From: Candidatus Micrarchaeota archaeon
GTDB taxonomy: Archaea; Micrarchaeota; Micrarchaeia; Micrarchaeales; CABMGC01
Assembly (NCBI GenBank): GCA_028867145.1
Contig: JAGWGX010000003.1
Location: forward strand, 1-62,171
Reading direction: 5' to 3'
Length of the DNA: 62,171 nt
The stretch's first letter is position 1. Every line of letters starts with the position of its first letter. Under the pieces are notes generated by a model, which saw nothing but the letters and a program-made list of their open reading frames with translations, searched no databases and had not been told where the DNA came from. A program made the translations under genes and the position numbers. Positions 38,105 to 47,608 of the stretch are shown here, one piece after another.

Positions 38105-40297
38105 ATGGTAAGACGAGAATTCGCTGCAGAGGAAGCGGCAAGAATAATGACTGATATCGACAGGATTAGGAACGTCGCTATCGTCGCCCACGTCCACCAC
38201 GGGAAGACAACACTCACCGACTCACTTCTTGCAAGGGCGGGAATTATCTCCAAGTCAATTGCGGGAGACGCGCTCTACACAAACTACGAGGCAATTGAAA
38301 AGGACAGGAAGATGACAATCAAGTCGGCAAACATCTCACTTGCCTTCCAGTACCTAGAAAAGGATTTCATAATTAACTTGATTGACACTCCGGGACACGT
38401 TGACTTCGGAGGACACGTCACAAGATCAATGAGAGCAGTTGACGGAGTGATCCTCGTGGTCGACCCTGTCGAGGGAATCATGCCTCAAACAGAAACCGTC
38501 GTAAGGCAGGCCCTAAAGGAAAAGGCAAAGCCGGTACTATTTATCAACAAGGTAGACAGACTTCTAAATGAGCTCAGGCTAACTCCAGAGCAGACATTCG
38601 AGAGGCTTCTCTCCCTTATCAACGAGGTAAACAAGCTGATCTCAAACTACTGCCCAGAGGAGTTCGTGGGCAAGTGGAAGGTGGGAGTTGAGGATGGAAG
38701 CGTCTGCATCGGATCTGCCGCAAAGAAGTGGGCGATCTCAAAGAGCATCATGATTAACCACAAGGTTACATTCAAGGACATCTTCGCTCTCACCGCAGCA
38801 AACAATGAGGCTGAGCTTCAAAGGGTTGCGCCAATTGATGAGGCAACGCTTACAATGATTATCGAGCACCTGCCAAACCCAAGGCAGGCTCAGGCATACA
38901 GAATCCCGTACCTCTGGCACGGCGACATCGCAAGCCCAGACGGAGCTGCGATGGCGACAGTTGATCCAAAGGCAAACGTGAACGCGGTTGTCTTCGGAGT
39001 CACATCGGATCAGCACAGCGGGGACGTTGCAATCGCAAGAGTCTTCTCTGGAGTTGTGAAGAAGGGAACGCTACTTAATATTTCAGGGCAGGCAGAGCCG
39101 CAGCGAGTCTCGCAGGTTGGAATCTACATGGGACCAGAAAGAGTCCTTGTCGATGAAATACCAGCGGGCAACATAACGGCGCTAATTGGGCTTAAGAACC
39201 TCGCGATCGGAGACACAGTCAGCGAGGGTGTCATTGAGCCGTTCGACCAGATTGTTCACTACTCAAAGCCAGTCGTCACAAAGGCGGTCGAGGCAAAGGA
39301 CCCACGAGATACAATGAAGCTAATTCAGGCACTTCGCGACCTAACAAAGGGAGACCAGACGCTCGTTGTCGAGATAAACCAGCAAACAGGAGAGCACCTA
39401 ATGTCAGGAATGGGAGAGCTCCACCTTGAGGTTATCGAGACAAAGCTAAGGGACGATTTCAAGATTGCAATTACAACATCAGAGCCAATCGTGGTGTTCA
39501 AGGAGACAATCGATGGCATCGCAAAGGATGTCGAGGGAAAGTCGCCAAACAAGCACACAAGGTTCTACATGGACGTCGAGCCTTTGCCACAACCGGTAAT
39601 TGACCTTCTTGAGAGCGGAACAATAAAGGACGGAAAGCCAAAGGGCAAGACGCACGTTGAGGAGTTCATCAAGGCAGGACTTACAAGAGAGGAGGCAAAG
39701 GGAATAGAATACATCGGCCAAAACAACATACTAATTGATGCAACCCACGGAGTTCAGTACCTAAACGAGGTAATGGAACTATTGATCGAGGGATTCCAGG
39801 AGGCAATCAAGGACGGGCCGCTCGCAAGGGAGAAGGTCTACGGAATAAAGGTCTCGATCAAGGATGCTACAATCCACGAGGACCCTGTCCACAGAGGTCC
39901 TGCTCAGGTGATACCTGCAATGAGAAGGCCGGTCTGGGCTGGAATACTCATGGCAAACGACATCTTGCTTGAGCCAAAGCAGAAGTTCAACATATCAATA
40001 CCCCAAGAATACTTATCTGATGTGATCACGCTGCTTCAGGGAAAGAGAGGAACAATCCTTGACATCCAGCAGGAAAGGGAAGAGGCGACAATAATCGCAA
40101 AGCTTCCGGTAGCTGAGGTCATCAAGGGATTCTCAAACGAGATGAGAAGCGCAACCAAGGGCAAGGCAATCTGGTACCCAGAGTACGCAGGGTTTGAGAA
40201 GATGCCAAAGGAGCTCCAAAACAAGATTGTTAGAGAGGTAAGGACACGAAAGGGACTTCCTCCGGAGCCACCAACGCCTCAGTTCTTCCTGGAGTGA
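38105..40297 (+). CDS. fusA: Elongation factor aEF-2
   Basis: HGKTT, DTPGHVDF, NKVD, SGMGELHLE, KSPNKH, diphthamide loop HEDPVHRGPAQ. Confidence 0.98.
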   Translation: MVRREFAAEEAARIMTDIDRIRNVAIVAHVHHGKTTLTDSLLARAGIISKSIAGDALYTNYEAIEKDRKMTIKSANISLAFQYLEKDFIINLIDTPGHVDFGGHVTRSMRAVDGVILVVDPVEGIMPQTETVVRQALKEKAKPVLFINKVDRLLNELRLTPEQTFERLLSLINEVNKLISNYCPEEFVGKWKVGVEDGSVCIGSAAKKWAISKSIMINHKVTFKDIFALTAANNEAELQRVAPIDEATLTMIIEHLPNPRQAQAYRIPYLWHGDIASPDGAAMATVDPKANVNAVVFGVTSDQHSGDVAIARVFSGVVKKGTLLNISGQAEPQRVSQVGIYMGPERVLVDEIPAGNITALIGLKNLAIGDTVSEGVIEPFDQIVHYSKPVVTKAVEAKDPRDTMKLIQALRDLTKGDQTLVVEINQQTGEHLMSGMGELHLEVIETKLRDDFKIAITTSEPIVVFKETIDGIAKDVEGKSPNKHTRFYMDVEPLPQPVIDLLESGTIKDGKPKGKTHVEEFIKAGLTREEAKGIEYIGQNNILIDATHGVQYLNEVMELLIEGFQEAIKDGPLAREKVYGIKVSIKDATIHEDPVHRGPAQVIPAMRRPVWAGILMANDILLEPKQKFNISIPQEYLSDVITLLQGKRGTILDIQQEREEATIIAKLPVAEVIKGFSNEMRSATKGKAIWYPEYAGFEKMPKELQNKIVREVRTRKGLPPEPPTPQFFLE

Positions 40298-40378
40298 TGA
40301 TAAGTATTTATACTTTGTGAGCTAAATAGGAATTACTACTTATCTCACCGATGAGTCTGAAAGTTACGAGGTGAAACT

Positions 40379-40825
40379 ATGGCAAAGAGTTATGTAAAAT
40401 TCGAGGTGTCCGCAGAAGTTTCGGACAAAGCACTAGAAGCTGTTAGAATAGCAAGCCAAAAGCACGGCATTCGAAAGGGCGTGAACGAGGCGACAAAGAG
40501 CGTCGAGAGAGGTCTCTCAATGCTTGTGGTCATCGCGGAGGACGTCGAGCCTGAAGAGGTTATAATGCACATTCCTATGATCTGCGATCAGAAGAAGGCG
40601 CACTATGTGTACGTTCCAACAAAGCTAGCCCTTGGCGCAGCAGCGGGACTAAAGGTTCCTTGCGCGGCAATTGCGATCGAGAAGACTCCAGAGGCAGAGG
40701 CGCTAATTAAGGACATTGTTTCCAAGATCTCAGGAAAGGCGGCAGCGGCATCACCAAAGGCCGAGGCGCCAGCAGCCGAGAAGAAGGAGAAGCACTCAAA
40801 GCCAAAGGCAGAGGAGGCAAAGTAA
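40379..40825 (+). CDS. rpl7ae: 50S ribosomal protein L7Ae
   Basis: RKGVNEATKSVERG, IAEDVEPEE, LGAAAGL. Confidence 0.97.
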   Translation: MAKSYVKFEVSAEVSDKALEAVRIASQKHGIRKGVNEATKSVERGLSMLVVIAEDVEPEEVIMHIPMICDQKKAHYVYVPTKLALGAAAGLKVPCAAIAIEKTPEAEALIKDIVSKISGKAAAASPKAEAPAAEKKEKHSKPKAEEAK

Positions 40826-40841
40826 TTCCTAAGTGATTCTA

Positions 40842-41129
40842 ATGGCAGCCGACCAACCAGAAAAGCCACAAGCCCCAGCGCCTGCAGCGCAGGTGCAGGG
40901 ACAGCAAAAGGCTGAGAAGCCTTTTGACGGATTCTTGGCGCAGGTTGTCGAGGTCGTGAAGGGAAGGACCGGAATCTACGGAGAGGTCAGGCAGATAATG
41001 GCAAAGATCATGGAGGGCCAGGACAAGGGAAGGGTCATTAGGAGAAACATCGCAGGAAGAATAAAGGTTGGCGATTACGTAAGGCTTCCGGACACGACAA
41101 GGGAGGCAAAGCAAATAAGGGTCAGGTAA
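40842..41129 (+). CDS. rps28e: 30S ribosomal protein S28e with a P/A/Q-rich N-terminal extension
   Basis: [25 protein letters not shown]. Confidence 0.95.
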   Translation: MAADQPEKPQAPAPAAQVQGQQKAEKPFDGFLAQVVEVVKGRTGIYGEVRQIMAKIMEGQDKGRVIRRNIAGRIKVGDYVRLPDTTREAKQIRVR

Positions 41130-41133
41130 TAAG

Positions 41134-41334
41134 ATGAAATGCTCATACTGCTCAAAGGAGATCGAGAAGGGAACCGGGATGATGTTCGTCAAGAAGATGG
41201 GCGCCATTAGGTACTTTTGCTCGAAGAGATGCTACAAGTTCGACGTTCTTTACAAGAAGAAGGTAAACGCGAAGGAGGTCAGGGGCATCGCAAAGAAGGA
41301 GGCAAAGGCCACGGCGACAAAGGCAGCAAAGTAA
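41134..41334 (+). CDS. rpl24e: 50S ribosomal protein L24e
   Basis: CSYC...GTGMMFV...FCSKRC. Confidence 0.95.
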   Translation: MKCSYCSKEIEKGTGMMFVKKMGAIRYFCSKRCYKFDVLYKKKVNAKEVRGIAKKEAKATATKAAK

Positions 41335-41394
41335 TTCCTCTGATTTTATTTTAAACAAGGGTCACTTATATATTTTCAAAGCTCCAAACTGATT

Positions 41395-41745
41395 TTGAAC
41401 GACATGGAGTTGCTTGACGAGATTGGCATCCAGACAGTAATTGATACGCATGAGGCGACAATAGTCCTCTTTGACGCGGATTGGTGCCAGTACTGCAAGA
41501 GGTTTAGGCCAACCTTCGAGTCATACGAGAAAAGATGCAGCGCAAATTTTGCGCACGCTCTGCTAAACGAGGACTCAAATCCAATGTGGGATAAATTCAA
41601 AATTGAATTCATCCCTACCCTAATTGCATTCAAGGATGGAGAACAGGTCGCAAGGGCCGATGCGCTCTCAGGCCAGGGGCTTGATGAGACTGACCTAAGG
41701 AAGCTGCTCGTAAAATTAGAAAAGCGCAGCTTCTTTTTGGTCTAG
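41395..41745 (+). CDS. Thioredoxin family protein
   Basis: FDADWCQYC, IPTLIAFKDG. Confidence 0.9.
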   Translation: MNDMELLDEIGIQTVIDTHEATIVLFDADWCQYCKRFRPTFESYEKRCSANFAHALLNEDSNPMWDKFKIEFIPTLIAFKDGEQVARADALSGQGLDETDLRKLLVKLEKRSFFLV

Positions 41746-41761
41746 CGATATGTGGCCCTCT

Positions 41762-43231
41762 TTAGCTTCCCTTTGCAGTCACCGTCGTGTTGGCAGACGC
41801 CCCTTCCTCCCCTGAAACCACCACGCTGTAACTTTGCCCTGCAATTGGGGACACCTTTATGTTTCCGTTGCCGAGCACTATGTTGCCCGAGAATGAGAAG
41901 GTCGCACTTGCATTTTTGGCAAGCACAAAGCCCCTCCCTTCAAACTGGCCTTCCGAGAACGGAAGTATCAGGGTGTTGTTTGTGCCAACAAGGAAATTGA
42001 TGTTTCTGAGATGTGTGATAGTCTTTACAACGCTGGTTATGTTCATCGCATTGACTCCCTCATCCTCCCTCTCGCCTGAAGAATTCTTCCCCACCCTGTC
42101 CTCCAACTCATTTCTCCTATTTGAAAGGTTTTGCCCTACGTTTACGTTCTCTAACCCGTCTCCTTTAGCAAGGCCATCGAGCCTCGCCTGCCCCACCTCT
42201 AAATTGCTTTGACCCATAAGCGCATGGACGCCGATTATTGCCGTCTCGTTTCCGTAAAGGAGAACATGCTTTATCTCAACGCTTCTGTTACCGATGTTCC
42301 TCACGCTTACTGAAAATGTGGTGGAGTTTCCGTTCTTTGTCAGCGCCACGCTCGTTATTGCCACCTTTTGGCCTTCCGCTTCCAGTTCATCGCTCTCATT
42401 TTTGTTCAAACTTTCCCTATGCCCTATCTTAGAGGTTGCACTTGATCCCGGCACCACAACCGCCTTGAGAGATGGAACCATCACAAAGATCGTGGCATTG
42501 TTCGTGAAGATTGTCGCCACGGTTGGGGAAAAGTCAAGCAGTATTCCTGAGGAGTTGCCTACCCTTGAGCTCCCATAAAGCCTTGCAGTAACATTTGCGC
42601 TTGGCACCGTCACGGAGTAGACCGTATTATTTATCTCGATGGTCGCTTTGCTGATGGTAAACCTTATCATGTCAAGCGACGCGTTCTTTGGTATTGCCAC
42701 CCTTCCTATCGTCTGGCTCACGTTGAGCAGCGTCATCAGGTTTATGCTGCCGCTGCTGTTCGAGGCTATCCACCCCGAGGCATTCCCTGCGCCCGATATG
42801 TGCACCTTTAGCGATGAGTAGTTTATCTGCAGCGCCTGCGTTCCAGATGGAACGTGCGGCGGATCGGTAAGCCTTATCGGGGCGTATTGGGAGGCGCTTG
42901 TCCATCCCGATGAAAACTGCGTTAGCAAAACATACGCAATTATCACAATGCCAACCAGACTCGCTCCGTAGTACAAAAGCCTTCTTCTATCGTAGCCCAT
43001 ATTTTCACCATAAGCGCTGCTTGTGGCAGTGCCGGAAATCCTGTAGTATTTCCATTTTCGTATGTGCGGATTGTCGACCCTCTCTATCATTCCATCGGAC
43101 TCCAGCTCCCTTAGGTGCTGGCTGACCGTGGCAGGGGCAAGCTGCAGCTCGCTGCAAATGTCGCTAAGCGTCTTGTCCCCCTTGGAGATGCTCCTTAAAA
43201 TGGATTTTTTTGAGTCCCCCGTCCTGCCCAT
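41762..43231 (-). CDS. ArsR-like winged-HTH + TM + extracytoplasmic DUF4382-like domain fusion
   Basis: KTLSDICSELQLAPATVSQHLRELESDGMIE...WKYY; one TM helix; IRLTDPP and a beta-rich domain with many sequons. Confidence 0.8.
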   Translation of the reverse strand: MGRTGDSKKSILRSISKGDKTLSDICSELQLAPATVSQHLRELESDGMIERVDNPHIRKWKYYRISGTATSSAYGENMGYDRRRLLYYGASLVGIVIIAYVLLTQFSSGWTSASQYAPIRLTDPPHVPSGTQALQINYSSLKVHISGAGNASGWIASNSSGSINLMTLLNVSQTIGRVAIPKNASLDMIRFTISKATIEINNTVYSVTVPSANVTARLYGSSRVGNSSGILLDFSPTVATIFTNNATIFVMVPSLKAVVVPGSSATSKIGHRESLNKNESDELEAEGQKVAITSVALTKNGNSTTFSVSVRNIGNRSVEIKHVLLYGNETAIIGVHALMGQSNLEVGQARLDGLAKGDGLENVNVGQNLSNRRNELEDRVGKNSSGEREDEGVNAMNITSVVKTITHLRNINFLVGTNNTLILPFSEGQFEGRGFVLAKNASATFSFSGNIVLGNGNIKVSPIAGQSYSVVVSGEEGASANTTVTAKGS

Positions 43232-43348
43232 CTTATCAATATTAAATGATTGGGAAAGTTAAAAGAGCTTCCCCAACGTTTCGGTTTTATTTCGGTTTTT
43301 TCGTCGAAAATCTCAAAGACCCTCTACAACTTATAAAAAAGCCCCCAT

Positions 43349-44500
43349 TCAGAGCCCGATCCTCATTTCCGCGAACTTGATTATCCCCTCCGCGTTCTTC
43401 ATCAGCACAAACGAGAGGATGATCGAGGTGAAGACTATGAATGAGGTCACCCCAAGGAAGCTTGGCGCAAGCAGCCCCGATCCTGTCGCCGTGCTGATTA
43501 TCACAAGGGAGAGCTCCCCCACGGGAAGCATCCCAAATGAGGTGAATGCGGCGAGCCTGTGCGACTTGACCGTCGCAAAGCTGCTTGCAAAGACGCTGAC
43601 GAACTTTGTCAGCAGCACGAGCGGTATCATGGCGAGGACAAGGCCAAAGTCGATAAGCGAGAGGTTTACCTCCAGGCCTATTGCAAAGAAGAAGAACGAG
43701 ATGAACACGTAGGAGAAGTTCCTGAGGTTCTTCTCAACCATCATTCCCCGCTCCTTCCACTCGTTGACTATGCTTCCCGCGACGTAAGCCCCAAACGCGG
43801 CAGAGAGCCCGAGGAAGGTCGCAATCGAGACAAGAAGCAGCAAAAGGCCGAGCGCAAGCACGAGCAGGTCCTCCTCCCTGATGTGGAACCTGTCAAGCAG
43901 CCTGTCCACAAAGGAGTGGAAGAAGAGGTATGCGGCTATGAAAAGCGCGAGCCCCCCAAAGAAGGAGAGCGCAACGGCGCCAATGGAGCTTGTCTTGAAG
44001 ATCGCAAGCGCGCTGATGAAGGTGAAGATCAAGACCGCGATGACGTCCTCGATTATGCTGATTCCTGCGATCAGCCTCAGATCAAACTTCTTCTTTAGCC
44101 CAAGCTCCTGGAGCAGCTTGACCGAGACCCCGGTGCTCGTGATCGAGAAGGCAAGAGCAAGCACGAGCGAGCTTGTCGTGTCAAACCAGTGCGAGAAGAC
44201 AAAGAAGAGTATCCCAAGCGCGATGCCTATCTCCAGGATGGCAATTAGCGAGGAGGCCTTCATCCCGGACTTTATGATCTTGTATATTGAGAACTCGGTC
44301 CCGATCACAAAAAGCAGCAGTATGCTCCCAAGCTCGGCCACAAAGCCGGTCAGGGAGCTCTGCGCAATCAGCCCAAGCGCCCCAACAAGCACCCCCAGCA
44401 TCAAAAAGGTCACGATTGCAGGAACCCTGAACCTGATCGCAAGTATGCTGCCCGCAAGCAGGAAGATCAGCGCGATTGCTATCGAGAAGAAATCAGACAT
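43349..44500 (-). CDS. CPA2-family cation:proton antiporter
   Basis: AELGSILLLFVIGTEFS, SITST, IIED, GAYVAG, FFFAIG, GELSLVI. Confidence 0.92.
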   Translation of the reverse strand: MSDFFSIAIALIFLLAGSILAIRFRVPAIVTFLMLGVLVGALGLIAQSSLTGFVAELGSILLLFVIGTEFSIYKIIKSGMKASSLIAILEIGIALGILFFVFSHWFDTTSSLVLALAFSITSTGVSVKLLQELGLKKKFDLRLIAGISIIEDVIAVLIFTFISALAIFKTSSIGAVALSFFGGLALFIAAYLFFHSFVDRLLDRFHIREEDLLVLALGLLLLLVSIATFLGLSAAFGAYVAGSIVNEWKERGMMVEKNLRNFSYVFISFFFFAIGLEVNLSLIDFGLVLAMIPLVLLTKFVSVFASSFATVKSHRLAAFTSFGMLPVGELSLVIISTATGSGLLAPSFLGVTSFIVFTSIILSFVLMKNAEGIIKFAEMRIGL

Positions 44501-44611
44501 TTTTTATCTAGCTTAATTGCGCGGCAAGCTATAAAACCCAGAGCGTTTTGCCTTCAAAATGAGGGCAAAAGTTAGGCTTAAATATCTTGAAATCTGATTA
44601 TTTTCGATAGT

Positions 44612-45037
44612 ATGATACCAATAGTTACAGTGAACTGGCTAAGCGTGGTCATTGCTGCAATCGCAGCGATTGTGATCGGAAGCATCTGGTACTCCCCTAA
44701 GGTTTTCGGGACTGCCTGGATGAAGGAGATGAAGATCGATCCCAAGAAGATGAACAAGGCGGAGATGAAGAAGGGCATGCAAAAGGGCATGATCCTAATG
44801 GTCATCGGATCGCTTGTCATGGCAAGTGTCCTCTCGATTGTACTAAAGAGCGTAGGCGCAGTCTCGCTCATGGACGCAGTTGTCGTCGCACTTTGGATTG
44901 CAATTGGATTCTATGCTACAATGCTCCTGAGCACAGTTGCATTTGAGGGAACCTCAACAAAGCTCTACCTCATAAAGGCGTTCCACTACATTGTGGCGCT
45001 CATTGTGATGGCGGCAATACTTGTAACCTGGGCATAA
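44612..45037 (+). CDS. DUF1761-family membrane protein
   Basis: VNWLSVVIAA, GSIWYSPKVFGTAW. Confidence 0.88.
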   Translation: MIPIVTVNWLSVVIAAIAAIVIGSIWYSPKVFGTAWMKEMKIDPKKMNKAEMKKGMQKGMILMVIGSLVMASVLSIVLKSVGAVSLMDAVVVALWIAIGFYATMLLSTVAFEGTSTKLYLIKAFHYIVALIVMAAILVTWA

Positions 45038-45109
45038 AGAGCCGAGGGTTTTTCTTTCTTTTATTTTTTGTTTTTCTCTAAAACAAGTTTCATGTTAAAA
45101 AGTGATTTC

Positions 45110-45442
45110 ATGGCGTTACAAGCAAAGCGAAACAGCAACGCGCAATCAATCTACACCGACTCGGAGGCGGCAAAGATTGCAAGAAGCCTAACATCGCCCC
45201 AGATATTCACCATCTACTACCTAAAGGGACTCTCAAGCAGGCTTGCCATTCCAACGCTCTCAAGTCTCAAGGCTGAACTAAAGAGCCACGGGCACGATGA
45301 GAAAGAGTACACCCAAATCGTAAATTTCCTTGAAAGCAAGAGCCTAATAGAGAGGAACGGTGATATCATCATACTAACAGGCAGCTTCGCCGCAGTCAAC
45401 GAAAAGCTAAAGGCTTTGAGCTCTCATAAGAGAGAGCATTAG
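45110..45442 (+). CDS. Hypothetical protein, possible winged-helix
   Basis: AGTGA SD 4 nt before the ATG; LTSPQI...TLSSLKAEL...IVNFLESKSLIER...IILT. Confidence 0.6.
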   Translation: MALQAKRNSNAQSIYTDSEAAKIARSLTSPQIFTIYYLKGLSSRLAIPTLSSLKAELKSHGHDEKEYTQIVNFLESKSLIERNGDIIILTGSFAAVNEKLKALSSHKREH

Positions 45443-45736
45443 TTTCTTCTCGGTTGCCATATCCATCGCCATCTCCTGCTCCTTTCTTCCGGCTCTTAGC
45501 AGCTGTATGACCATTAGGTTTATCCAGGCGGATTTCCCTATGTAGCTTCCTGCTGGGATCTTGATATTCGAAAGATCATTGCTAAGCGCCTTCTGCTCCC
45601 CCATCTCGCAATCAATCCTCCTGAAATCGGAGAGGAACTTAGGCCCCTTGCCCTCCTTTAGGTATTCTCCGCTCTGCAGCCTTTCAAGTACGATGTTCAC
45701 GGAAACTTTCGGATGCTCAGCGACAACTCTTGACAT
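45407..45736 (-). CDS. Hypothetical protein
   Basis: GTGAG SD and TTTTAAATA upstream; convergent 36-nt overlap with the previous ORF. Confidence 0.55.
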   Translation of the reverse strand: MSRVVAEHPKVSVNIVLERLQSGEYLKEGKGPKFLSDFRRIDCEMGEQKALSNDLSNIKIPAGSYIGKSAWINLMVIQLLRAGRKEQEMAMDMATEKKLMLSLMRAQSL

Positions 45737-45810
45737 CTTCTCACAATGTGCTTGTGAGTTTCCTGATATTTAAAAGGTCTCTGCAGGTTCGTCGCTTGGA
45801 AGGCGGACAT

Positions 45811-46794
45811 TCATGGAACGACATAAGCGGATGCGTAAGTTTCGTTTACCTGCACCCCATTGTTCCCATTTCCGCTGTAGTCATTCCCGTTTCCATTTAG
45901 CGGCCACCATCCTACCAGGTTTTTTAGGTTTACCGGAGCCCCACCTATCCCCTCGCCATACATTGAGGCAATCTCGGCGCCGCCAAGCGGCGCATTGTAT
46001 ATCTGAACGTTTGCGATCGTCCCGTTTATCGGATAGACCCTTCCGCTTGGCCACACGTCAGCCCCCAACACTGTCGCATTTGATGTCTGGAAGTCCCTTG
46101 GCGAAAGGAGGGCTGAGGAGAAGGACCTGTTATTTACGTACACTGTCGCGCTGCCACTATTGGCGTTGTAGGTTGCAACAATGAACTGCCATTTTTCCAT
46201 GTATGGGAGCGAATTGCTGGAGTTGGAAGGCCACTTAATATAGGATCCGTTTATCCAGAGAATCCCGCATGCTCCGTTGTTTTGCCCGTATCCAAAAAGC
46301 GCGATCCCAGAACTTGGGCTGGGATTGCTTGCCACTATTCCCTGGCAGTGGGCAGCCGTAGGTCCGTGCCAGTATACCCATGCGGATATGGTGAATCCTT
46401 GCGAGCCCTGACCGCCAAGGGGCAGGCTTGGCAGGCTCAGGTAGCTTGGATATGTAAGTGTTCCCGCGCCCTTACCCTTGTTGAGGCTGGAAAATTTCGC
46501 GTATGCGGAGCCCTGGTCCGCCACGAACTGCGGAAGAAGGTTTGTGCACACTCCCTGCAGAGAAATCTGGTCGAGCGTGTACGGTCCGCTGGGCCTGAAA
46601 ACGCTGCAGCTTCCCGCCATTGCCCTTTGCTGAAAAATGGTGGCATGCAGGCTGAAAAGCGCAGAGACGACCACCCCCAATATCAAAAACGCCATGCCGT
46701 AGGTAAGCAGGTACTCAAAGCCAAGCTGCAGCTTGTCGCTGTATTTCCTCGCCTTAGCTCCCCTTTCTGCCCTTACTTTTGCGCCGCCTTTCAT
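45811..46794 (-). CDS. Class III signal peptide (pilin-like) protein with a LamG/concanavalin-like domain
   Basis: KLQLGFEYLLTYGMAFLILGVV; FTISAWV, WQFIVATY, GTIANVQIYN, LVGWWPLNGNGNDYSGNGNNG. Confidence 0.88.
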   Translation of the reverse strand: MKGGAKVRAERGAKARKYSDKLQLGFEYLLTYGMAFLILGVVVSALFSLHATIFQQRAMAGSCSVFRPSGPYTLDQISLQGVCTNLLPQFVADQGSAYAKFSSLNKGKGAGTLTYPSYLSLPSLPLGGQGSQGFTISAWVYWHGPTAAHCQGIVASNPSPSSGIALFGYGQNNGACGILWINGSYIKWPSNSSNSLPYMEKWQFIVATYNANSGSATVYVNNRSFSSALLSPRDFQTSNATVLGADVWPSGRVYPINGTIANVQIYNAPLGGAEIASMYGEGIGGAPVNLKNLVGWWPLNGNGNDYSGNGNNGVQVNETYASAYVVP

Positions 46795-46874
46795 ACACTA
46801 GATATTTAAATCAAGGCTTAAATATCTGTATATACCGGCAAGCGCGGCGACTCCAACCAAGTGAGCGTGGGATT

Positions 46875-47591
46875 ATGAGACTTAACAACAAGAGGGTTCT
46901 TTTGGTAGGCGTTAGTTTGGGTCTTGGCGCAGCCACGGCAAGCTACCTTCTCAAGGAAGGGGCAAGCGTCGCAATCTCCGCAAGGGAGGCGAAGGTGCTA
47001 ACCGACGTTGAAAAGCTGCTCTCAAAACCAAAGAGGCTATTTTTGGTTAAGGGCGATGCCTCGACGAGCGAAGGAGCAAAGAAGATCATAACCGCGGCTT
47101 CGGACGTGATGGAGGGCATAGATGAAGTGGCGGTTTTGGTGGGCGGATTTGTTGCCGATAGAATTGAGGGCCTTGAGGCTCTTGAGCAAATGACCCTAAA
47201 CCACATCAAGATCCCACTCTACGTCGTAAATGCATCACTGCCTCATCTGCACAAGGGCTCATCAATCACCTTAATCTCCTCAACCCTTGCGATGCACAAG
47301 GCAAGCGGTCCGCTATCCTACACCATCGGCAAGATTGGCACTGCAAAGGAGGTGGAGCTGCTTGCAAACCAGCTGATGGAAAAGGGAATTAGGGTGAATG
47401 GGATAGCGCCTCTCTCAATTGACGGACAGTTTAGGCCCGACACCGAGTTCAAGAGCGCAAGAAAGCTTGGGGACCAAAGCGCCCCGCCGGATGCTTTTGC
47501 AAAGGTGATAGTCTGGCTAATGACGGACGAAGCGCAGTGGGTAAACGGCGTCGTTATCCCTGTCGATGGCGGGGCAAGGCTGAAAGGATAA
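46875..47591 (+). CDS. Short-chain dehydrogenase/reductase
   Basis: GVSLGLG, YTIGK, GIRVNGIAP, VNGVVIPVDGG. Confidence 0.92.
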   Translation: MRLNNKRVLLVGVSLGLGAATASYLLKEGASVAISAREAKVLTDVEKLLSKPKRLFLVKGDASTSEGAKKIITAASDVMEGIDEVAVLVGGFVADRIEGLEALEQMTLNHIKIPLYVVNASLPHLHKGSSITLISSTLAMHKASGPLSYTIGKIGTAKEVELLANQLMEKGIRVNGIAPLSIDGQFRPDTEFKSARKLGDQSAPPDAFAKVIVWLMTDEAQWVNGVVIPVDGGARLKG

Positions 47592-47608
47592 GGATATTCC
47601 TTCTATTT

